Positions 38,528 through 46,056 of a stretch of DNA of 46,056 bases are shown here, in pieces. The position numbers were made by a program, and so were the translations under genes. The stretch spans positions 1 to 46,056 of the forward strand of contig CANHBJ010000003.1 of the NCBI GenBank assembly GCA_947459075.1, given 5' to 3'. The DNA is from Bacteroidota bacterium (GTDB lineage: Bacteria; Bacteroidota; Bacteroidia; UKL13-3). The first letter of the stretch is position 1. Each line of letters opens with the position of its first letter. The notes beneath the pieces were generated by a model. The model was not told the origin of the DNA, did no database searches, and saw only the letters and a program-made list of their open reading frames with translations.

Positions 38528-39797
38528 AAGCCTATTCAGTATAACGATGATACTGTTAGGGTATCATCTTTCGGCACAAAATTTATCCAAATCGCCATAC
38601 TCGGCACTTGGTGTTGGTGATATGCAATTTGGCGGCAGCGCATGGATGCATGGTATGGGACAAATTAATCAAGGGGTTAGTTTATCAAATGGCATTAACA
38701 ATCAAAACCCTGCTTCTTACAGTACTTTTCAATTCAGTACTTGGGATGCCGCTGCCACAGGTTCAATGGCAAATATCAGCACCAAAACTGCCAATGGAAG
38801 TTTTAACACGGCATCAATGGCATACATGGCATTAGGCATGCCACTTTCGCAAAAATTAAATTGGGGGTTAAGTTTTGGGTTGAAGCCTTATTCTGGTGTT
38901 GGCTATAATGTAACCCGTCAAATACAAACGTCAACATTTAATGGTACAGAAAGCATTGAAGGCCAAGGAGGGTTGTCAAAGTTTTATATTGGTTCAGGAA
39001 TACGAATTTATAAAGGACTTGCTTTTGGATTTAATGCATCTTATGCATACGGACAAATACGTAATACCACGCTGTTAAGTATTCCTCGCGATTCTTTAAT
39101 GTATAATTTGATTGAAAATAGAGACAGATATATTGGCGATTTTATGTTTGAATTAGGACTGCAGTATCAGGATACTTTTATTTACAAAGAGCGTAAATAT
39201 AGTTTTGGCCTTGGTGCAACATTTGGTCCTCAAACTAGCCTAAACTCCAATGATAATTACAATATAAGAACATTGGGAGTAGGCGTAACTGCTCCAACAA
39301 ACATAGGTAAAGATACAGTAGCAAATTCAGAGTCGGTAACTGGTGTAGTTGTTTTACCAATGTATTTAAAGGGTGGTGTGTTTTTTCAGCAAGTAAATAA
39401 ATGGGGTGTTGGTATTGATTTAGGGTATAATAATTGGGCTAGTTATTTAGGTATGGGTGTACGCGATTCACTTAAAAACATGACCAGTATAAATATAGGC
39501 GGATACTTCACTCCTGATGCTTTTGCAATAAAGAACTATTTAAAAAGAATTGAGTACCGTGCAGGTATGCGATATGATAATGGGATGCTAAGTGCAAACG
39601 GAACTAATGTTTCAACTATCGCCTTTTCTGTTGGAGCAGGTTTGCCTTTAGGTAAGTCACGTTCTAAAGTTAATCTTGCTGCCGAGTATTTGATGCGCGG
39701 AACCACTGAACAAAAATTAGTCAAGGAGGAATACATAAGGTTTGTTATTGGGGTTTCTATTTCTGATAAATGGTTTCAACGTTACAGATATGATTAA
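38511..39797 (+). CDS. Outer-membrane beta-barrel protein (FadL-like), conserved beside coaX
   Basis: SPYSALGVGD, NPAS, PYSGVGY, GQGGLSK; C-terminal DKWFQRYRYD. Confidence 0.8.
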   Translation: MLTKAKSLFSITMILLGYHLSAQNLSKSPYSALGVGDMQFGGSAWMHGMGQINQGVSLSNGINNQNPASYSTFQFSTWDAAATGSMANISTKTANGSFNTASMAYMALGMPLSQKLNWGLSFGLKPYSGVGYNVTRQIQTSTFNGTESIEGQGGLSKFYIGSGIRIYKGLAFGFNASYAYGQIRNTTLLSIPRDSLMYNLIENRDRYIGDFMFELGLQYQDTFIYKERKYSFGLGATFGPQTSLNSNDNYNIRTLGVGVTAPTNIGKDTVANSESVTGVVVLPMYLKGGVFFQQVNKWGVGIDLGYNNWASYLGMGVRDSLKNMTSINIGGYFTPDAFAIKNYLKRIEYRAGMRYDNGMLSANGTNVSTIAFSVGAGLPLGKSRSKVNLAAEYLMRGTTEQKLVKEEYIRFVIGVSISDKWFQRYRYD

Positions 39798-39800
39798 TTA

Positions 39801-40340
39801 ATGCGTCTTATCTCTCCGTATTTATTACTATTAAATCTTATTTTGGTTGGTTGCAGTGAAAGCAATACAGACAAGGTTAAGCGCGTTTCACCAGAGCGTA
39901 TTTTGCCAATTGAAACTGGAAAAGATGTGCTTATTAACTATACCGACAGCGGATTAACGAAAGCAAGAGTTAAAGCACCTTTATTGGAACGATATGCCAC
40001 TGAGGATAAAAACTACACAGAAATGCGATATGGAATTAGCGTTGATTTCTTGAATAAAAACGGCACAGTCGAAAGTTTTTTAAAAGCCAAATACGCCATT
40101 CGTTATGATCGTGAAAAACGTATGATAGCTAGAAATGATGTAGTAGTTTTGAATATTGCAGGAGATACATTGCGCACCGAAGAGTTGATTTGGGAAGAAG
40201 CCACACAGCGCGTTTATTCCGATAAATTTGTTCGTATCACAACCAAATCTGAAATTATTATGGGCGATGGTTTTGAGTCTGATATTACATTTAAAAATCC
40301 CAAAATACATAAAATACGAGGAATCGTAAATTTGAAGTAA
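39801..40340 (+). CDS. lptC: LPS export periplasmic protein
   Basis: Lipobox LVGC, YTDSG, APLL, GDTLRTEELIW, IMGDGFESD. Confidence 0.88.
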   Translation: MRLISPYLLLLNLILVGCSESNTDKVKRVSPERILPIETGKDVLINYTDSGLTKARVKAPLLERYATEDKNYTEMRYGISVDFLNKNGTVESFLKAKYAIRYDREKRMIARNDVVVLNIAGDTLRTEELIWEEATQRVYSDKFVRITTKSEIIMGDGFESDITFKNPKIHKIRGIVNLK

Positions 40341-40432
40341 ATTGCTATTTCATTCATGTGGCAATATATATTAGTAGGTTTATACACTAATTTTTTAAGA
40401 CTTATTACTTTCATTTTTTATACATTGCAAAT

Positions 40433-40780
40433 ATGTTTAAGCATCAGCGCTTATTAGAAAATATGCACATACCCTTGTGGCTCATTAAGGATGCTTGTTG
40501 GATGCTGCAATTTAAATTTTTTAGTACTATTGTAGCTTTACCAACCATAAGCGTGGCAATTTATTTAGTTATTATTACACGTAATTCCCCAAAACGGTTT
40601 TGGCCTAATTTAGCGGTTTTGTTTTGGATAGGTGCCAATACTACTTGGATGCTAGGGGAGTTTTATCAGTTTGACTTTACTGTTTCTGCGGTAACATTAT
40701 TTTTTTCGGGCATTGCAGCTATTATCGTATATATTTTCATTATTTTCACAAATCCAAAACCTCAACAAACCAAGAGTTAA
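40433..40780 (+). CDS. Small hypothetical membrane protein (about 4 TM)
   Basis: Hydrophobic 115-aa ORF with the repeated motifs LWLIKDACWML and FWIGANTTWML. Confidence 0.75.
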   Translation: MFKHQRLLENMHIPLWLIKDACWMLQFKFFSTIVALPTISVAIYLVIITRNSPKRFWPNLAVLFWIGANTTWMLGEFYQFDFTVSAVTLFFSGIAAIIVYIFIIFTNPKPQQTKS

Positions 40781-40897
40781 AAAATTATGACAATAAATTT
40801 CGTATAGAATTTCCTTAAATTAAAAAACAAATACTAATTTTACGCGGTTAAATGCAATAAATAGTCACTTCGCTTTATAGGTTTTTAATATAACAAA

Positions 40898-42220
40898 ATG
40901 GATAAAATTAAAGAAAGGTTTGAAGAAATAGGTTTACCTAAAGCTACAGAAATTAAAGAATTTTTAAAGGCAAATGCAGATGCCCCAATGGGAACATATA
41001 CTTTAGATTCGGTATCATCTGGCATGAAGGGAATGATAGGCCTTATCACTGAGACGTCATTGTTAGATGCTGAAGAAGGAATTCGTTTTAGAGGATATAG
41101 TATCCCTGAATTAAGAGAAAAGCTTCCACGTTTAGAAGGAACTACAGAGCCACTTCCAGAAGGTTTATTTTATTTAATGTTAATTGGTAAAATACCTACC
41201 TATGATGAAATGTATGAAGTAGGAAGTAATTGGACAAAACGTGCCATTGTTCCCAAACACGTTTTTGAAGTAATTGATGCTTTACCAATTTCAACCCATC
41301 CAATGACTCAGTTTTCTATAGCAATTATGGCTATGCAAACAGAGAGTGAATTTGCTGCGGCCTATCGTAACGGTGTAAACAAAAAAGATTACTGGGTTCA
41401 TACATTTGAAGATTCGATGAATTTAATTGCTAGGTTACCTCGCGTAGCAGCATATATTTATCGCAGAACTTATAAAAACAATGTTCATATCGAACCTAAT
41501 CCAAAATTAGATTGGGCTGCAAACTTCGCTCACATGTTGGGTTATGGAGATAATGATGGTTTTAAGGAATTAATGCGTTTATATATGGTTATCCATGCGG
41601 ATCACGAAGGAGGAAACGTATCTGCTCACACCACGCATCTTGTTGGTTCGGCATTAAGTGATCCTTACTTGGCGTTTTCTGCAGCCATGAATGGTTTAGC
41701 AGGTCCGTTACACGGTTTAGCCAACCAAGAAGTAATACGTTGGGTATTGGAGTTACAAGAAGCATTGGGTGGTGGTAAACCTAGTAAACAACAAATTGAA
41801 GATTATATTAACAAGACCATTAACGAAGGTAAAGTTGTACCAGGATATGGTCATGCAGTTCTTCGTAAAACTGATCCTCGCTTTACCGCTCAAATGGAAT
41901 TCGCAAAAACGCACATGCCAAATGATGAGTTAGTAAATATTGTTTGGGATGTATATGATGTAGCTCCTAATATCTTGGGTAATTTCAAAAAAATTAAAAA
42001 TCCTTGGCCAAATGTTGATGCCCACAGTGGTGCATTATTGTTACATTACGGGTTAAAAGAATATGATTTCTTTACCGTATTATTTGGTGTATCTCGTGCA
42101 TTGGGTGTGTTGTCTTCTTTAATATGGGACAGGGCATTAGGAATGGCACTCGAACGTCCAAAATCAGTTACATCTGATTGGATTAAAAATAAAATTGCTT
42201 CTCAATCACAATCAAAATAA
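40898..42220 (+). CDS. gltA: Citrate (Si)-synthase, eukaryote-type
   Basis: ETSLLDAEEGIRFRG, HADHEGGNVSAH, GLAGPLHGLANQE, PGYGHAVLRKTDPR, WPNVDAHSG, ERPKS. Confidence 0.96.
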   Translation: MDKIKERFEEIGLPKATEIKEFLKANADAPMGTYTLDSVSSGMKGMIGLITETSLLDAEEGIRFRGYSIPELREKLPRLEGTTEPLPEGLFYLMLIGKIPTYDEMYEVGSNWTKRAIVPKHVFEVIDALPISTHPMTQFSIAIMAMQTESEFAAAYRNGVNKKDYWVHTFEDSMNLIARLPRVAAYIYRRTYKNNVHIEPNPKLDWAANFAHMLGYGDNDGFKELMRLYMVIHADHEGGNVSAHTTHLVGSALSDPYLAFSAAMNGLAGPLHGLANQEVIRWVLELQEALGGGKPSKQQIEDYINKTINEGKVVPGYGHAVLRKTDPRFTAQMEFAKTHMPNDELVNIVWDVYDVAPNILGNFKKIKNPWPNVDAHSGALLLHYGLKEYDFFTVLFGVSRALGVLSSLIWDRALGMALERPKSVTSDWIKNKIASQSQSK

Positions 42221-42730
42221 ATGTTAATCAAACGCTTTATTTTAATATACATCACAGCCGGTTTGTTTATACTAACCGGCTGTGGTTTTTATTCCCATAC
42301 AGGAGCTTCTGTTCCTCCTAATGCCAAAACTTTTTCAGTAGAATACATTAACAATGTGGCAAGTATTGTTATGCCATCACTTAGTCAGGTTTTAACAGAA
42401 AAACTTAAATTAAGGTTCATTAACGAAACCACATTAAAGCTTACTCAACAAGACGGAGACGTTAGATTTAGTGGTAAAATATTAAATTATGCTACATCTC
42501 CTGTGGCGGTTCAAGGTAATCAACAAAATGCAGTTAATAGATTAACGGTAACCATAGAAATTACATATCAAAATACCAAAGACGATACTAAAAATTTCAC
42601 ACAGCAGTTTAGTAACTTTGTAGATTATCCAGCTTCAGAAAACTTTTCGGCCGTAGAGATTGATTTGGTAAATAAAGTCACTGACATATTGGTGCAAGAC
42701 GTTTTTAATAAGGCATTTATTAATTGGTAA
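42221..42730 (+). CDS. lptE: LptE family lipoprotein
   Basis: Lipobox LTG|C, YSHTGAS, NRLTVT, C-terminal DVFNKAFINW; lies upstream of the hypothetical-secG pair. Confidence 0.82.
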   Translation: MLIKRFILIYITAGLFILTGCGFYSHTGASVPPNAKTFSVEYINNVASIVMPSLSQVLTEKLKLRFINETTLKLTQQDGDVRFSGKILNYATSPVAVQGNQQNAVNRLTVTIEITYQNTKDDTKNFTQQFSNFVDYPASENFSAVEIDLVNKVTDILVQDVFNKAFINW

Positions 42731-42808
42731 ACGTTTGATTGGAGGCTTATCGTCACTTTCTACTTTTCATCAATTCAAAAAAAAACCGTTTATTCGCATA
42801 ATCACCAC

Positions 42809-43888
42809 ATGAACAAAACGGAATTCATACAACTTATTCAAAATCATGATTTGCCATCCGCAAAACATGTTGCAGCACTTAAACAAGTTGTGGCTGATTT
42901 CCCTTATTTTTCCCAAGCCAGGGTTTTGTTGGCAAAAGCCTTACACAACGAAAAGCACTATGAGTACGAAAAGTTTTTAAAACAAACTGCTTTGATCGTT
43001 CCGGATAGGGATGTGTTATACCATTACCTGCATAACCTAACCCCTCATTGGCAAATTCCTCAGTTATCAATTTCATTAGAACAACCAAATGTTATTGAAC
43101 AAAACGAAATAGATTCCGATCTAGGTCAAGCCATTGAACAGGTTGAAGAAGAAGTTAACTTTACAATACACGGTGTACCCGAAACTTTAATATCAAACGA
43201 AGAAATTGAAGTAGTTCAAAGCAAAGAAGAGTTGGATGTAGACTTAGCAATCACAATATTATTGGAAGGAAGTAACATAGCTCCTCCTCAAAAAAAGATT
43301 GTTTTACCACCAACCACACCAATTGAAAAAGTTATTGATACAGATATTGAAGCGGTGACTGTAGCATTACCAGATATTATAGCACAAGAACCAGAGAAAT
43401 TTACTAAGGATAGTGAAGAAGAAAAGTTAAGTTTTGTGGAGTGGCTAAATCGTAAAAGTAATCCAGAAAAGATTGCTGAATCAATTCAACCATTACAAAC
43501 TGATAAACCAATCTATGATGAAAAGGCAGACATTAAAGATACGGAATTAAGAACAAATGTTTTGCCAGAGGTAACAAAAGCTGAAATAGAAGAGGCTGTT
43601 GCTAAGAGTAATGTGAACGATTTTCAGAGTATTTTAGACAAATTTGTTAAAGAAAATCCAAGTATTAGTCGCCCCAAAGCGGAGTTTTTTAATCCAGTAA
43701 ACATGGCAAGGCAAAGCGTAGAAGAGGACGAGGAGCTTGTTACAGAGACACTTGCGAATTTGTTTTATAAACAGGGTAATTACAAAAAGGCAATCAAGGC
43801 TTACGAAAAATTATGTTTGTTATATCCGAGCAAAATGACTTATTTTGCAAGCCTTATACAAAAAATTAAAACAGAACTAAAAGACTAA
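42809..43888 (+). CDS. Conserved hypothetical protein with C-terminal TPR-like helices
   Basis: FPYFSQARVLLAK at the N-terminus, acidic linker, VTETLANLFYKQG...KAIKAYEKLCLLYPSK..YFA. Confidence 0.82.
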   Translation: MNKTEFIQLIQNHDLPSAKHVAALKQVVADFPYFSQARVLLAKALHNEKHYEYEKFLKQTALIVPDRDVLYHYLHNLTPHWQIPQLSISLEQPNVIEQNEIDSDLGQAIEQVEEEVNFTIHGVPETLISNEEIEVVQSKEELDVDLAITILLEGSNIAPPQKKIVLPPTTPIEKVIDTDIEAVTVALPDIIAQEPEKFTKDSEEEKLSFVEWLNRKSNPEKIAESIQPLQTDKPIYDEKADIKDTELRTNVLPEVTKAEIEEAVAKSNVNDFQSILDKFVKENPSISRPKAEFFNPVNMARQSVEEDEELVTETLANLFYKQGNYKKAIKAYEKLCLLYPSKMTYFASLIQKIKTELKD

Positions 43889-43893
43889 TCACC

Positions 43894-44256
43894 ATGTATA
43901 CAGTATTTTCAATCATCATCATTTTAGTGTGCATTTTGCTAACACTTGTAGTATTAATTCAAAATCCAAAAGGTGGGGGAATTGCAGCTAATTTTGCATC
44001 GCCAAATCAAATTATGGGAGCTAAGCGTAGCAGTGATGTTATCGAAAAAGCCACATGGATTTTAGCAGTAGTACTTATTGTGTTTTCATTAGCAAGTAAC
44101 TTCGTTCGTCCTTCAGTTAGTGTTGAAACGGATGCTCCTGAAAGTCGCATAAAAGATCAAATTGAGAACACAACTGCTCCAGCTCCACTTGCTGCTCCAG
44201 CTCCAGCCCAAACAGCTCCAGCAAACGGTGAAGTTACACCAGCACCTGCCAATTAA
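43894..44256 (+). CDS. secG: Preprotein translocase subunit SecG
   Basis: VLIQNPKGGG, IEKATW, Pro/Ala-rich tail. Confidence 0.95.
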   Translation: MYTVFSIIIILVCILLTLVVLIQNPKGGGIAANFASPNQIMGAKRSSDVIEKATWILAVVLIVFSLASNFVRPSVSVETDAPESRIKDQIENTTAPAPLAAPAPAQTAPANGEVTPAPAN

Positions 44257-44281
44257 TAAACACTAATTGAAATATATTTAG

Positions 44282-44307
44282 AAAAGGTCTCGTATGAGAC
44301 TTTTTTT
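44282..44307 (+). terminator. Terminator after secG
   Basis: aaaaggtctc-gtat-gagacttttttt. Confidence 0.8.
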
Positions 44308-44488
44308 ATGCCATTTTGGTTTTAACAATGTAATCGTTACAAATGCTTGTTAAATGGATGTTCAAAATCAAAATACGTATTAAAACCCTCAGGTTTGTAA
44401 CTAGGGTTGTACTTTATAATAAAATTACAAAAGTAAATTTTATTAATAGTGCAGAAGTTTGATTGCTTCAAGCTAGTTTTTAAATATG

Positions 44489-45390
44489 TTAGAAATGTTT
44501 ACGCAATCCAATACTCATTCCCAACATATAAGGATGTTGCTTAACTGAATAATTATTACTGGTCATGCTGTTTAAACTGTATCGTAAATAAGGTGCAGCA
44601 GTAAGCGTAATGGCTTGATTAATTTGGTACGCTAATCCTAAGTGTAGATGAGCAAAAATGCTGTTTTTTATAAAGGGGAACGATTCTTTATTCTTTACTA
44701 CCAATACGCCTACATTATTTTGGCCTACTAAAGCAGCATCAATTGTACTTATAAATGCATAACTCAATCCAATTTTAGTTTCAATTCCAAATCGTTTGTG
44801 CGGTGTAAACCTATAAGTAATTAATAAAGGAATTTCGTTCCAACTGTATTTAATACGTGTATTGTTTATTCCATTGGCTGTAACCGAATCGTTTGTTGCT
44901 AATTGGCTATTTGCATCATATTTCGGAGGTTGTGTTGCCTGTGTTGTTCCATATGTCATACCCATACTAAAATGAGTAAATTGCACACCACTAGATATCA
45001 ATAGCTTGTTCCATTTATAATCTAATAAAAATGCACCACTCCAATCTATTTTAGCAGATTCTATTTGATTACGAAGTGCTACGTGTTCTGTTAGGTCAGA
45101 TTTATTTGTATTCAATTGCATTTGACTGAAATGAGCACCAATCATTACACTTAAAGATAGTCTTGAAGGAAGATTAGCACCATCTTTAATCGATGGTTTT
45201 ATTTGGCTTGTTACACTATCATGTATCGCTGGAATAATGTTTCGTGCTATTATAGAAGTATCAGAAGGTTCTTCAGTTTTATTGGGTTGATGGTAGGTGC
45301 TAATTTCTTGTTTGTTTGTTTGCTCTTTATTATCGATTAAGTTTGGCTGTATTTTGTTCGTATTTATTCCTTGTTCAACTGGGCCTAGCA
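44489..45390 (-). CDS. Outer-membrane beta-barrel domain protein, 5'-truncated
   Basis: ISSGVQF, YSWNEIPL, PYLRYSLNS, HPYMLGMSIGLRKHF (terminal Phe). No signal peptide; the frame hits a stop at 45416-45418 inside the foreign segment. Confidence 0.75.
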
Positions 45391-46056
45391 CAATCAAAGC
45401 ATTGTTAGCAAGTAATTATTTAGACCCAGATGCTCCTGATCCAGCATTATATCCACAAGGTATGCGCCTATGGAACCTACGCCGTAGCGGATTTAACGTC
45501 AAGAAGTATGTAGTTGATCATATTAACATCTATGCTAATGACGGTAAAAATGCTCGTTATAACGACGAAGTAATGGTTACTATCGGCGATGAATATGTTG
45601 CAGATCGTTGGATCACAGTAAGCCCTAACCAAGAAACTGGTGCAGGTAGCTTTGGTCGTCACGCACAACGTAGATTTGTTGTATCGGCATTTAAGGCAGT
45701 TATTGACACAAATCAAGCAATTCGCGATACTGATACACTAGTATTCAACTTAATTGCTACACCTGGATACCCTGAAGCTATTCAGAACATGATTGCATTT
45801 AATGCAGATCGTGGACAAACTGCTTTTGTATTAGGTGATACACCGTTCCGTTTAGCACCTACTGGCACTGAATTATCAAACTGGGGCAATAACAATGCAC
45901 TAGCATTTGATAACGGTGATGATGGTGCAGTAAGTAGCGATGAATATATGGCAATGTTCTACCCAAGTGGTTTTACAAACGACAACACTGGAAATAGTAT
46001 TGTTGTTCCGGCAAGTCACATGATGATGCGCACAATTGCCAACAGTGATGCTAAGA
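45384..46056 (+). CDS. Phage contractile tail sheath protein, internal fragment (absent from the ORF track)
   Basis: Manual translation gives about 224 stop-free codons running off the end: ...LLASNYLDPDAPDPALYPQGMRLWNLRRSGFNVK...FNLIATPGYPE...DRGQTAFVLGDTP...AMFYPSG...IVVPASHMMMRTIANSDAK. The motif order matches sheath subtilisin-like domains. Confidence 0.75.

Noticed and set aside
40898-42220. Eukaryote-like citrate synthase as contamination or recent transfer
   Set aside because: This type is known in Bacteroidota, and the gene is embedded in bacterial context with matching composition.
44176-44250. gctcca repeats at the end of secG
   Set aside because: They encode an ordinary Pro/Ala low-complexity tail.
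45477-45716. 79-aa minus-strand ORF in the track
   Set aside because: It is the antisense shadow of the longer plus-strand sheath-like frame.

Overview
AT-rich chromosomal region of a Bacteroidota bacterium. The evidence is a T9SS C-terminal sorting domain, TAnnTTTG -7 promoter boxes, a eukaryote-type citrate synthase and the coaX-OMP-lptC and lptE-hypothetical-secG blocks. Most of the window is housekeeping: gcvH, rsmI, menF/menI/menD/menB, hutI, gltX, radC, metG, rsfS, birA, coaX, lptC, gltA, lptE and secG. The standout is a minus-strand operon at about 13.85-21.64 kb: small leader ORF, tandem-repeat/hairpin element, DabA (DUF2309), an atypical extended DabB, SulP anion permease and a putative outer-membrane porin. 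It looks like a two-membrane inorganic-carbon acquisition system, and the window shows no carbon-fixation genes. The last ~670 bp are an open frame missing from the ORF track that resembles a large-phage tail-sheath protein. It abuts and truncates a host beta-barrel gene, which suggests a chimeric join or a phage junction. Other oddities: RsfS with a histone-like N-terminal tail, a multi-PAS membrane sensor with no output domain, overlapping rsfS/birA promoters and a terminator-like hairpin inside lptE. No tRNA, rRNA, CRISPR array or transposase was recognised. All family assignments come from motif recognition by eye, not database searches.
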